From contig CAWHAE010000010.1 of assembly GCA_963827235.1 (NCBI GenBank), forward strand, positions 384,001 through 448,000: DNA of 64,000 bases, in the 5' to 3' direction. Made by a program: the position numbers and the translations under genes. The stretch is from an uncultured bacterium (GTDB lineage Bacteria > Chloroflexota > UBA5177 > JANWHV01). Below the pieces are notes generated by a model. The model did not search any database, was not told the DNA's origin, and was given only the letters and a program-made list of their open reading frames with translations. This document shows positions 10,768 to 20,709 of the stretch, piece by piece; position 1 is the stretch's first letter, and each line of letters starts with the position of its first letter.

Positions 10768-10822
10768 GGCGACGCGGTCGGGCGGACTGGCCAGGCGCTT
10801 GACGCCGTCCGACCGCGTTGCC
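10768..10822 (+). terminator. GC-rich hairpin after the binding-protein gene
   Basis: GGCGACGCGGTCGGGCGG ... CCGTCCGACCGCGTTGCC imperfect inverted repeat; no U-tract. Confidence 0.45.
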
Positions 10823-11098
10823 ATCCTCATCTTCTGCCATGACCTGTCCAAGCAATGCTAGAATGCCTAGCGGGCCGGGGGAACCCCGTACTCCCTCGCA
10901 CCACGCCGGTGTGATAGGGAGTGGGTCGCCGGGAGAGGCGCGGCGGCTGACCGCAGGTGCGTCGCCGGTACCTCGGCGGGCCCAATTACGTGGGCCGGCG
11001 AAGTGTGCCGGCTCGATCCGCCAAACCTGAGGCCCGGATGACGCCGAGGTGAGCCAGCTTGCCGGCGATGGCAAGCGCAGCACGGATTGTGACAGACG

Positions 11099-12181
11099 GT
11101 GGCTAACACGCGCAGGCGGGGCGAACGAAACAGTGGCCCGATCATCGAGCGGCGTGCCAGGCTCGAGGACGTGGCTCGGCTGGCCGGCGTGTCTCCGACC
11201 ACGGTCTCACGGGCCTTGCGCAACGATGCACGGATCAGCGAGAGTACTCGTGTGTCTGTTCAGCATGCCGCGAACCGACTCGGCTACATCCCGGATGCTC
11301 GAGCGAGCAGCTTGCGCGGGCGAGCCACCAGCATGATAGGGTTGCTCTTGCCCGACGTGGCCGATCCACTGCACGGTCAGCTCGCCATGGCGGTGGAGCA
11401 GGCGGCGTCGTCGGAAGGCTACACGGTGCTGCTCGCCAACGGCTTCTCGGACCCGGTGCAGGAGCGCCAGGCCCTGCAGCTGTTCGCCGGTCAGCGCGCG
11501 GACGGTATTGTGCTTGCCGGCAGCATGCTCAGTCCTCAGGAGGCCAATGCGCTGGTCAGTCCCTGCCCTGTCGTCTACCTGGGCGGCGAGAACGTCAGCC
11601 TTGCCGGCTACAAGAGCGAGCTGCCTACCGGCTCGATCCGGGCGGACGATATCAGCGGCGTCGAAGCGGCGGTACAGCACCTCCGCAGCTGCGGATACCG
11701 GCGTTTGGGCTACGTGAATGGGCCCGACCTGGCGTCGAACGTGACGCGCCGCGATGCCGCGCTTGCCGGCCTGGCTGCATCCGGCTTGACCTGCGCCCTA
11801 TACCCGTATCCCGGCGGCGTGGAGAGTCTTGGTGCGCTCAACGCCACGGTGCGTACGCTGCTCATCGATCGGCCGGAAGCACTCATTTGTTACGACGACG
11901 TGGTTGCTCTCGGTATCATGGATGCGCTACGCAACCATGGATTGCGCGTGCCGGACGACATCGGCCTGGTGGGATTCGACGATATCCCCTTTGCCGGTAT
12001 CGCCAATCCGCGGCTGACTACCATCGCCCAGCCCTCGGAAGAGGTCGGCCGCCGCGCTTGCGCCATGCTATTTGCCGGTATCAGGAGCGGCGAGCTGCCG
12101 GCGTCCTGCATGCTCCCGGTGCAGCTCGTGGTGCGGGAGAGCACCACCACCGTGCGCGATCGCGGGACGGCATATAGCTGA
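11099..12181 (+). CDS. LacI family transcriptional regulator
   Basis: LEDVARLAGVSPTTVSRAL HTH, LGYIPD, VPDDIGLVGFDD, LTTIAQP, LVVREST. Confidence 0.96.
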   Translation: MANTRRRGERNSGPIIERRARLEDVARLAGVSPTTVSRALRNDARISESTRVSVQHAANRLGYIPDARASSLRGRATSMIGLLLPDVADPLHGQLAMAVEQAASSEGYTVLLANGFSDPVQERQALQLFAGQRADGIVLAGSMLSPQEANALVSPCPVVYLGGENVSLAGYKSELPTGSIRADDISGVEAAVQHLRSCGYRRLGYVNGPDLASNVTRRDAALAGLAASGLTCALYPYPGGVESLGALNATVRTLLIDRPEALICYDDVVALGIMDALRNHGLRVPDDIGLVGFDDIPFAGIANPRLTTIAQPSEEVGRRACAMLFAGIRSGELPASCMLPVQLVVRESTTTVRDRGTAYS

Positions 12182-12573
12182 CGGGACGGCCGGCGTACTT
12201 CCGACCCACATCACTTGAGGTCAGTCGCCTGCGTGGAGAGCGATTCAGAGCTCAGGATTTGCACTCACTCCGGAGCGGATGCTCGATCAGTGTGCGTCCG
12301 GCCCGAGCATCGCGTCTGCCCCGGTCTGGCGGCCCTATGCCTCCAGCCGGTATCCTGACCATGACGCCGAGGTTGGCGATAGGTCGAGCGCGGGAAGCGG
12401 GCGCTCGGTCGGCCTTTGGTCGGGTTTGCCCAGGAATCCCGAGTGAGTTGGTGATGAGCTGCTTCAAGAAGAGAAACGACTGGCGTGCAATACCTGGATG
12501 AAAAGGCGATGAGCGAGTCTCACGCGCGCGGCGTGAGCCGGAGAGATCCTTTTGCTGGGCGGTCGTCATATGG

Positions 12574-13440
12574 GTGCCGGCAGGCCTGCCGGTGACATTG
12601 CAAGCTCCCACGTATCTTGTCATCGGCCATGTCTGTCAGGACCACACCCCGTTTGGCATCAAGTGGGGCGGCACGGCGCTGTTCGGTGCTATCACGGCAC
12701 TGCGCCTCGGCGCGCGTGTCCGTGTGCTGACCAGCATGCCGGATGGCACGGAACGGCAAGCCCTGCCTGAAGGCATCGAGGTGCACAACGTGGCTACCAC
12801 AGTGCCGCTGACCTTCCGGCACGACTATATCAATGGGCAACGGCAGCTTTCCATCACGGCCACCGCGCCTGCATTGCACACGGAACACCTGCCGGAGGCC
12901 TGGCGTTCCTCGGATATCGTGCACTTCGGTCCCGTGGCGCAGGAGGTTGGCCACGATCTGCTCGGCGTATTCAGCCACTCGCTGACCGGTGGCTCGGTCC
13001 AGGGCTGGATGCGGGCCTGGGATGGGGTGACGGGCCTGGTAGCGCCGCTGCCGGCGGCCCAGCTACTGGCGTGGGCGCCTCCCGTTCAGAGCAGCTTCTT
13101 GAGCGAGGAGGACATCGGCGACCGGCGCGAAGTGATCGATTTCTACCGGGAGCAGCACCAGATAGTAGCTCTCACCGACGGAGCGCATGGAGCGACTATC
13201 TTCACGGCATCGTCGACCTTGCGCGTGCCGGCGGTGAAGGTTCACGAGGTGGATGCGAACGGCGCGGGAGACGTATTTGCCGCCGCTTTCCTGCTCCAGT
13301 ATCACCAGACGGGCAGCACGTTGCAGGCGGCACAGTTCGCCGCTACCGTCGCGTCTTTTCACGTAGAGCAGGTTGGGACGGCGGGGCTGCCTTCGCGAGC
13401 GGAGGCAGAGGCGAGGTGGCGCGAATTCTACGGCACGTGA
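12574..13440 (+). CDS. PfkB family carbohydrate kinase
   Basis: WGGTALF, VALTDGAHGA, DANGAGDVFAAAF (PfkB signature 2). Confidence 0.9.
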   Translation: MPAGLPVTLQAPTYLVIGHVCQDHTPFGIKWGGTALFGAITALRLGARVRVLTSMPDGTERQALPEGIEVHNVATTVPLTFRHDYINGQRQLSITATAPALHTEHLPEAWRSSDIVHFGPVAQEVGHDLLGVFSHSLTGGSVQGWMRAWDGVTGLVAPLPAAQLLAWAPPVQSSFLSEEDIGDRREVIDFYREQHQIVALTDGAHGATIFTASSTLRVPAVKVHEVDANGAGDVFAAAFLLQYHQTGSTLQAAQFAATVASFHVEQVGTAGLPSRAEAEARWREFYGT

Positions 13441-13788
13441 CGCGCCCACTCCGCGTCGACGCACGGGGGCCGTCACGGCGGCGGCCCGGGCGGCGCTCAA
13501 GATCGTGGCGCGCCGGTCCGTCGTGACCGCGGCAGACCGCACGCCGCGGCGGGCGCGGACGGGCGAACGCGGCGGCCAGCGGAGCAGAGGGCGCTAGCTT
13601 CGCTGCACCGCCGGAGCCCGAGCCATGCATGCCGCCCTCGTAGATCGATGCGCACGCAGCATGGCGCTGGTGTGTGATTGCCCAGCCGTCGACACGGCCT
13701 TAATGGCATGGCGGGGCTTCCGGTCGCCGGGCTCCATTCTGCTTTGATCTCGCGACGCTGGCGCCATGCCTGCCCCTTGTCCGTCGTC

Positions 13789-13817
13789 TTGACGGCGCCC
13801 ATCGGGCAGTATATGCT
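13789..13817 (+). promoter_or_regulatory. Putative sigma70 promoter of the CUT2 ABC operon
   Basis: TTGACG-17bp-TATGCT in an AT-richer patch, about 450 bp upstream of the ATPase start. Confidence 0.5.
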
Positions 13818-14269
13818 GTTGTCTTGTAATGATAGGATATCTGCCTTGTAGCGCCGTCTTGCCGCGGCGGATCGCGATGGCCCAGCCAGTGGTCCGCCGG
13901 CTTGCGGCTGGAGGGCATGCCATGCGGGCGGGCTGTCTGGAGTGAATGATGACGCTACAGGTCGTCGTCAACGTCTGCAAGCAGCCTGCCAACGTTCGCG
14001 CACTGCCTTGCGCCCCCGCGGGCACTGAGCTGCCGATGCCTGTCCCGGCCGAGGGGAAATCCGCACACGCAGCCAATGAAGCCTGGTGGCTTCGCTCCTG
14101 TATGACTCAGGACGGCAGAGCGTCACGCGAGATCGTCGCCCTGAGCGAGTACCTGGCACAGCTGCGACGGTCGACTGCTTTGACGACGTGGGCATGATCG
14201 TCTACTATCCGCGTGGCATCTCATGGCGACCTGTGGCGCACGTGGTGGGATCAGCCGGGGGAGGACGAG

Positions 14270-15808
14270 TTGGCGCTGCTCGAAGTCGAGGACGTTAGCA
14301 AACACTTCCCCGGCGTTCAGGCGCTCACGGAGGTGAGTCTGGCTGTCGAGGCCGGCGAAGTGCGCGCGCTCGTAGGCCAGAACGGCGCCGGCAAGTCGAC
14401 GCTGGTGAAGTGTATCACCGGGGTGCATGCGCCCGACAATGGCCGCATTGTCTTCGGCGGCGACACGATTCGCACCTACGCGCCGAAGCACGCTTACGAT
14501 CTCGGTATCACAGTCGTTTACCAGCGCATGCAGCTGCTCCCCTGGCTGTCCGTGGCCGAGAACATCTTGCTCGGCCAGATGCCGGCAACAGGCGGTCTGG
14601 TGATCGACCGGAAGCGTGCCAACCGCGTCGCGCGCGATCTCCTTGGTCGATTCAAGCTGGACCTTGACCCGGAGACCCCTGTAGCCAGGTTGTCGCCACC
14701 TGAGCGCCAGGAAGTAGCCATCGCCAAGGCGCTCTATCGCCGGGCCAGACTATTGATACTGGATGAGCCGACCGCTGCTCTCGACGCAGTGCGCATCGAG
14801 CGCTTGTTCGATCTGATCCGCGAAGTCAATACCGATGGGGTGGCAGTCCTGTATATCTCACACCATCTGGAGGAGGTATTCCGGCTGGCTCATCGCATCA
14901 CCGTGCTGCGTGACGGACGCGTGGTGACCACCCAGCCCACAGGTTCGCTCAACCAGACCGAAGTAGTGACCCTCATGGCCGGCCGCCGCGTGCAAGTTGC
15001 CGGCGACTCGGAGAGGCCCGCATCGGGACCGGAAGCGGAACTAGCGGCCGGAGTCCCCATACTGGCGCGTGCTCCTGTCCTGGAATTCCAGCACGTTACT
15101 GCTGGTGCGCTGCAGGATATCGACCTGTCAGTGCACGAGGGCGAGATCGTCGGTGTCACCGGCGTGATCGGCGCCGGTGGAAATGACATCGCTCGCCTTC
15201 TCTTCGGTCTGAGCAAAGCCCAAGCCGGTCGAGTGCTGTTCGGCGGTAAGCCCTACATCTCGAAGGGCCCGGGGCACGCCATACGTCGCGGTTTGTTCAT
15301 GGTGCCTGAGGACCCGAGTGGTGAGGGACTGGTCCCCTTATTGTCCGTGGCCAGCAACATCACCCTGGTAGATCTCCCTGCCGTTACGCGGTTCGGCGTT
15401 CTGTCTCTGCAGCGCGAGAAGAAGTTGGCGCTAGGCTATGTGAAACAGCTGAGCATCGCGACAAGCTCGGTCAACACCAGCGTACGAAACCTGAGCGGCG
15501 GAAACCAGCAGAAAGTCCTGTTGGCAAAGGCGCTGCAGGCTCGAGCTCGGCTGCTCGTCTTGCAGGAGCCCACGCAGGGTGTCGACGTCGCCTCCAAGAC
15601 CGACATTCACCGTATTATCCGGGAGCTTGCAGTCCAGGGGAAAGCCGTTCTCGTCGTGGCGACCGATATTCGCGACCTGTTGTTGTTCGTGCATCGGATC
15701 GTGGCCCTACGCGGTGGCAGGATCGTTGCCGACGTGCCGGCTGCCGACACCAGTTACGCGGAAGTGCTGGACCTGACCGTGGGATCGCTGGGAGTAGAAG
15801 CGTCATGA
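14270..15808 (+). CDS. Sugar ABC transporter ATP-binding protein (CUT2, RbsA-like, two NBDs)
   Basis: GGAGG RBS then TTG 14270; GQNGAGKSTL, ILDEPTAAL, YISHHL, LSGGNQQKV; second Walker B reads LQEPT. Confidence 0.94.
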   Translation: MALLEVEDVSKHFPGVQALTEVSLAVEAGEVRALVGQNGAGKSTLVKCITGVHAPDNGRIVFGGDTIRTYAPKHAYDLGITVVYQRMQLLPWLSVAENILLGQMPATGGLVIDRKRANRVARDLLGRFKLDLDPETPVARLSPPERQEVAIAKALYRRARLLILDEPTAALDAVRIERLFDLIREVNTDGVAVLYISHHLEEVFRLAHRITVLRDGRVVTTQPTGSLNQTEVVTLMAGRRVQVAGDSERPASGPEAELAAGVPILARAPVLEFQHVTAGALQDIDLSVHEGEIVGVTGVIGAGGNDIARLLFGLSKAQAGRVLFGGKPYISKGPGHAIRRGLFMVPEDPSGEGLVPLLSVASNITLVDLPAVTRFGVLSLQREKKLALGYVKQLSIATSSVNTSVRNLSGGNQQKVLLAKALQARARLLVLQEPTQGVDVASKTDIHRIIRELAVQGKAVLVVATDIRDLLLFVHRIVALRGGRIVADVPAADTSYAEVLDLTVGSLGVEAS

Positions 15809-16836
15809 GTGAGGAACCAACCGGAGGGCCGGCCGAGAACGCTATCCTTGCCGCGCCACCACCGCCGGCGGCACCTGCCCCCTTGAACCGGTCTCGAACG
15901 GGGAACATCGACCTCTACGCCTTCTGGCCTGTCGCGGTCATCGTGCTGGTTATCGTGATCACGTCGTTCAGGTCGGGCAATTACCTCAGCGTGACCAACT
16001 TCAAGAACGTTCTCAGCCAGATGTCGGTGTACGGCATTGTGACCATGGGTGAGTGCATCTTGCTGATCTCAGCCGGAATCGATCTCTCGGTCGGCGCCAA
16101 CATGGCTTTCTCGTCGATCTGCACCGGTCTGCTCTACACCCAGGGGAATTATCCCATGTGGCTGTGCATCCTCGCGGGATTGGGGGCCGCGGTGGGAGTC
16201 GGCCTCATTAATGGAGTATTGGCATCTCTGAACCGCGCTCATCCGTTCATCATCACGTTGGGAATGCAGGTCTTCCTTTACGGTCTGGCCACGCAGATGA
16301 CCGGCAGCGCTCCGGTCAACGACATGGGATGGCTGTATTCAGCCTTCGGTGCGGATCTGCCGAGTTATCCGCCTTTTTTTGGACTACCAAGCGTTGCGCT
16401 GCCGTTCATTGCCACGGTGATTTGTACCTATGCCTTCCTGCGCTGGAGCCCAATTGGTCGCCGGGCGTATGCGATCGGGGGTAATGAGGAGGCGGCCTAT
16501 CTGTCGGGCATCCCCGTGAGGGCGACCAAGATCATACTGTATGCCATCATGGGTCTGCTCGCGGGCATAGCGGCGATGGTCCTGGCGGGAAACATCGACG
16601 AGGCCTCGTTCAATCTGGCGCAGAACTATGAGCTTATCGGTATCGCCATGGCGGTTGTGGGCGGCACGGCGTTGTTCGGCGGTCGCGGAGGAGCGCTGCG
16701 ATCGCTTCAAGGCGTTGTCCTCTATGCCGTGGTGGCGAACGCCATATTCTTCGCCGGTTTCACAAACAACTACCAGCAGATGGCCCTTGGCATCATCATC
16801 ATCGTTGCAGTCATGGTGACACGGGCGCAGCGATAG
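15805..16836 (+). CDS. Sugar ABC transporter permease (RbsC-like)
   Basis: GIDLSVG, HPFIITLG, GRRAYAIGGNEEAAYLSGI, VVGGTALFGGRG. Confidence 0.94.
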   Translation: MSEEPTGGPAENAILAAPPPPAAPAPLNRSRTGNIDLYAFWPVAVIVLVIVITSFRSGNYLSVTNFKNVLSQMSVYGIVTMGECILLISAGIDLSVGANMAFSSICTGLLYTQGNYPMWLCILAGLGAAVGVGLINGVLASLNRAHPFIITLGMQVFLYGLATQMTGSAPVNDMGWLYSAFGADLPSYPPFFGLPSVALPFIATVICTYAFLRWSPIGRRAYAIGGNEEAAYLSGIPVRATKIILYAIMGLLAGIAAMVLAGNIDEASFNLAQNYELIGIAMAVVGGTALFGGRGGALRSLQGVVLYAVVANAIFFAGFTNNYQQMALGIIIIVAVMVTRAQR

Positions 16837-16996
16837 CTACGACGAATGGGAGTCTGGAAGGGAGGTGCGGCGAAGGGAGCTGTTGATTGCGTGCAGCAAC
16901 TGCCGTGTGTGCGAGCGCTGCGGCTCGCACGTGTACTGCACGGGTGTTCATCGCACACGGATTCGGGACTCTTTTTCGAGACATAGGAGAGAGCAC

Positions 16997-18064
16997 ATGT
17001 CGAAGACGCTTCGAATTGCCATCTCGCTGACGGCAGCGGCCGGGTTGCTCGCCTCGTCCCTCGGTGTCACGGCCTCGGTGTCTGCTCACCAGGCGAAAGC
17101 GAGCAAGGGAACGATTGCCTTCTTGCGCTCTGGACCCGATCTGTACTATCAGGACGGACTGGCGGGCGCCGAGGCGGCTGCCACGCGGTTGGGCTACAAG
17201 GTCGTCGACTTTCCCAACCCGACCGTAAGCCCTGCTCAAGAGAAGACGAATATCCAGAATGCCATCGCGGACGGCGTGGTCGGCATAGATGGTTACTCGG
17301 TAGGTCTGGCGACCGAGACGGCCTCTATCGATGCCGCGGCGAGCGCGCATATCCCCATCTTCTTGATGTACGGATACAGCCACGCCTACATCGCCAACAA
17401 AGATGTGGTCGGATTCGAGCAGGTCAATCTCGAGAAGTACAGCTTCCCGGTCGGTCAGTACGTGAAGTCACACGTCAAGGGCGGCCAGCTCGCGATTATT
17501 ACGGGCCAGCTCGGACGTGGCGATGCCGAGGGGTACCGCACCGGTTTCTTGCAGGGTCTGGGTTGTGGCAACGATACGTCCGGTGCGTACGTGAAGTGCG
17601 GCAATATTGACTACGTCGATCAGGAAAGCGGTGGTTGGCTCCGCCCGACCGCGTACGCCAAAGCGCAGGACATCATCGCGAAATACCCCAATCTCGCGGC
17701 GATGTTTGTTGAGAACGAGGACATGGCTGTTGGTGCTCACAGCGCGCTCGTTGCCGCCCATAAGGACAAGCAAGTGATGCTCGTCTCCCAGAACGGCGCG
17801 CCCTACGGCCTCGCGGGCATCGCGGCCGGCTGGCTCCAGGCGTCTGACACCTGTTCGCCGTTCCTGGAGGGCATGGTATCCATCCGCTTGATCGATGCTT
17901 TCATCGGCAAGAAGGTCACGGGTGGTCACTTGTACTACTCGTACACCGTGTTTGTCACCAAAGCAAACCTGAATCAGGCAGTAGGTTGGAATCCGGCCAG
18001 CTCGGCGATCGACCAGCTGATGAAGCTTCCGTTGCCGAAGCCCGTAACACCGGCGCCCATGTAG
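16997..18064 (+). CDS. Sugar ABC transporter substrate-binding protein (RbsB-like)
   Basis: AGGAG RBS, signal peptide MSKTLRIAISL..., KYPNLAAMFVENEDMAVGA. Confidence 0.9.
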   Translation: MSKTLRIAISLTAAAGLLASSLGVTASVSAHQAKASKGTIAFLRSGPDLYYQDGLAGAEAAATRLGYKVVDFPNPTVSPAQEKTNIQNAIADGVVGIDGYSVGLATETASIDAAASAHIPIFLMYGYSHAYIANKDVVGFEQVNLEKYSFPVGQYVKSHVKGGQLAIITGQLGRGDAEGYRTGFLQGLGCGNDTSGAYVKCGNIDYVDQESGGWLRPTAYAKAQDIIAKYPNLAAMFVENEDMAVGAHSALVAAHKDKQVMLVSQNGAPYGLAGIAAGWLQASDTCSPFLEGMVSIRLIDAFIGKKVTGGHLYYSYTVFVTKANLNQAVGWNPASSAIDQLMKLPLPKPVTPAPM

Positions 18065-18146
18065 ACGCTTGCGAGCGCAGTCGTGGGTCTCACAACGTTT
18101 GACGCCCGGCTGCCAGTCCGCGTGAGTGTCGACAAGCACGGAGCAG

Positions 18147-18189
18147 CCTCGGCAGAAACAGAGGAGTCTGTTCTCTGTTTCTGCCGAGG
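18147..18189 (+). terminator. 17-bp perfect hairpin (terminator or mRNA stabiliser)
   Basis: CCTCGGCAGAAACAGAG-N9-CTCTGTTTCTGCCGAGG after the binding-protein gene. Confidence 0.6.
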
Positions 18190-18483
18190 AATCAGCGGGG
18201 CAGGGCAGTAACTCCTGTCGCGCCGGACCAGCCGCCTTGGCGTCGCCTACCACCCGACAAGCGCTGTCGGCACGCGTCCCGGGTTCCCCGCGGACCGGCC
18301 TCAACGCGATCGGGGGACTCTGCAGATGACGTTGCGGCGTGCGCCTTCCGGCCATGAACGTTCTCGGAAGCCCGTGACGGCCGGACGGGCGTGAGGCCGT
18401 CACGGCGAGAGGTGCTGCACACAGCGGAAAGTGGTCCCTTGCTCCAGAGCGTCGGCAAGCACGAAGGAGGAGATGGTTCATCC

Positions 18484-19341
18484 ATGAAAATCGGAATTGA
18501 TAGCTATTGTTTCCATCGGTTCTTCGGCGAGGTCTATCCCGAACAGCCGGCGCCGACTCGGTCCATGTCTATGGACGACTTTCTGGCATTCGCGCACGAC
18601 CTGAAGGTGGACGGCGTGTCACTTGAGTCCTGCTTCTTCCCGACGCACGAGGCCTCCTGGATGCGCGCCCTGAAGGCAAAGCTGGACGACTATGGCTTTG
18701 ACCGGGTTTACGCCTGGGGTCATCCCGATGGTCTGGAGGCAGGCAAGAATCGTCATGCGCTGGACGACATGGTGGCCCAGATCCCGAACGCCGCCATGAT
18801 CGGCGCACCGGTCATGCGCGTAGTGGGCAGCAGCCTCATGTTTCGGCACGAGCCTCACCGGCCGCAGCTCGAGATCCTGGCAGGCTGGTTCCGCGAAGCG
18901 GTGCCGGTCGCCGAGCGACACGGCGTGAAGCTGGCAGTAGAGAACCATATCGACTACACCGCCGATGAGATACTCTGGCTTGTGGAGGCTGTGAACTCGC
19001 CATACTTCGGTGTGAACTTCGATACCGGCAACTTCCTGCGGCTGCTTGATGATCCGATAGTGGGCATGGAGAAGTTGGCGAAGCACACGTTGGCGACCCA
19101 TATCAAAGATCTCAAAATCCGAAAGGGCACTTCGCCGAGCGAATGGTTCTTCTTCTCAAGCACGCCGGTCGGAGATGGCCTGGTCGACAACCAGAAGCTC
19201 GCGCAGATCCTCAACCAGGCAGGCTACCACGGCTTTCTGGCAGTGGAGATCGACCATCTGCACCCGGACTACGAGTACGATGAGCACGCGGCGGTGCGCA
19301 AGAGCGTGCAGGAGCTGCGTCGCATCGCGAGCAGCGTGTAG
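18484..19341 (+). CDS. Sugar phosphate isomerase/epimerase (AP endonuclease 2 TIM barrel)
   Basis: LAVENH, NFDTGN, THIKD, VGDGLVD, LAVEID metal motifs. Confidence 0.9.
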   Translation: MKIGIDSYCFHRFFGEVYPEQPAPTRSMSMDDFLAFAHDLKVDGVSLESCFFPTHEASWMRALKAKLDDYGFDRVYAWGHPDGLEAGKNRHALDDMVAQIPNAAMIGAPVMRVVGSSLMFRHEPHRPQLEILAGWFREAVPVAERHGVKLAVENHIDYTADEILWLVEAVNSPYFGVNFDTGNFLRLLDDPIVGMEKLAKHTLATHIKDLKIRKGTSPSEWFFFSSTPVGDGLVDNQKLAQILNQAGYHGFLAVEIDHLHPDYEYDEHAAVRKSVQELRRIASSV

Positions 19342-19356
19342 GAGTGAGGATGGGTA

Positions 19357-20526
19357 GTGGCGATGACTGACAAGACAGTCAATGTGGCCCTCATCGGCAC
19401 CAAATTCATGGGAAAGGCGCACAGCAACGCCTGGTCTGGTGCATCCCATTTCTTCGAGCTTCAACGGCAGCCGGTTCTCAAGGTGGCGTGCGGACGTAAT
19501 CGCGAGGATCTTGTGCACTTCGCGCGGACCTGGGGGTGGGAGGAGATAGAGACCGACTGGCGCAAGGTAGTCGAGCGACCCGACGTCGACGTGGTGGACA
19601 TCGCGGTACCGCAGAATCTGCATCGAGATATCGCGGTGGCCGCCGCGAAGGCGGGAAAACATGTCTTCTGCGAGAAGCCGATGGCTCTATCTCTTGCCGA
19701 GGCACAGCAGATGCTTGAAGCCGCCCAGGTGGCCGGCGTGGTGCATTACCTCAATCACAACTACCGGCGTGCTCCCGCAGTGATGCTGGCCAAGCGCCTG
19801 ATCGACGAGGGCAAGATTGGACGTGTGTTCCACTGGCGCGGTGCGTATCTGCAGTCCTGGATTATCGATCCATCGTTCCCCTTGACATGGCATCTGCGGC
19901 AGGAAACGGCCGGGTCTGGGCCGAATGGTGATCTCAATTCGCACAGCATCGACCTTGCCCGCTACCTCGTGGGCGAGATCAGCGATGTAACGGCGATGAC
20001 CGCGCAATTCGTGAGCGAGAGGCCGCTGCCGGGCAACGGCGCGGCCACGTTCACCGCCGGTAGCGCGACCGAAGGTCAGACCGGCCGAGTCACGGTGGAG
20101 GATGCTGCGTTCGCAGTGGCGAGGTTCGCCAACGGTGCACTCGGTACGTTCGAGGCATCGCGCTTCGCCCTTGGGCGCAAGAACTTCAACAGTTTCGAGA
20201 TTTACGGGGACAAAGGTAGTATTCTGTTTGACCTGGAGCGCATGAACGAGCTGCAGTACTTCTCGGCCTCGGACCCCGAGTATGCGCAGGGCTTCAGACG
20301 CGTGATTGTCACCGAGCCGGTCCATCCGTATGTCTCGCACTGGTGGCCACCCGGACACATTATCGGCTACGAGCACACGTTCTTCCACGCCGTGGTCGAC
20401 TTCGTCCAGGCAATCGCCACAGGAGGAGAAATCGCGCCGAACTTCAGAGACGGTGTCGCGGAGACAGCCGTGCTCGAGGCGGTGCTACGGTCGGCGGCGA
20501 CCGGCCAGCGCGTTTCCGTGATGTAG
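19357..20526 (+). CDS. Gfo/Idh/MocA oxidoreductase (levoglucosan/glycoside 3-dehydrogenase-like subgroup)
   Basis: LIGTKFMGKAHS, CEKPMA, NYRRAPAV, AGSGPNGDLNSH, WWPPGHIIGYE; subgroup assignment from memory. Confidence 0.88.
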   Translation: MAMTDKTVNVALIGTKFMGKAHSNAWSGASHFFELQRQPVLKVACGRNREDLVHFARTWGWEEIETDWRKVVERPDVDVVDIAVPQNLHRDIAVAAAKAGKHVFCEKPMALSLAEAQQMLEAAQVAGVVHYLNHNYRRAPAVMLAKRLIDEGKIGRVFHWRGAYLQSWIIDPSFPLTWHLRQETAGSGPNGDLNSHSIDLARYLVGEISDVTAMTAQFVSERPLPGNGAATFTAGSATEGQTGRVTVEDAAFAVARFANGALGTFEASRFALGRKNFNSFEIYGDKGSILFDLERMNELQYFSASDPEYAQGFRRVIVTEPVHPYVSHWWPPGHIIGYEHTFFHAVVDFVQAIATGGEIAPNFRDGVAETAVLEAVLRSAATGQRVSVM

Positions 20527-20611
20527 GTCCGCGCGCACCTGCTGTAGTGCATGCCGGACCGGCAACAGCCAGGCGTCGACGAGCCGGCCGGTCCGCAAAG
20601 CATGCGTATGG

Positions 20612-20647
20612 AGTTGACGGGGGCGACGCCCGTCGCCCCCGTCAACT
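20612..20647. terminator. Perfect hairpin between convergent genes
   Basis: AGTTGACGGGGGCGAC-GCCC-GTCGCCCCCGTCAACT, 16-bp stem. Confidence 0.7.
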
Positions 20648-20709
20648 GCGCTGTTCGCCTGCGGGACTGCACTCCTGGCTCGGCTCCGGCGACAGCGAAC
20701 AGGCTCAGG

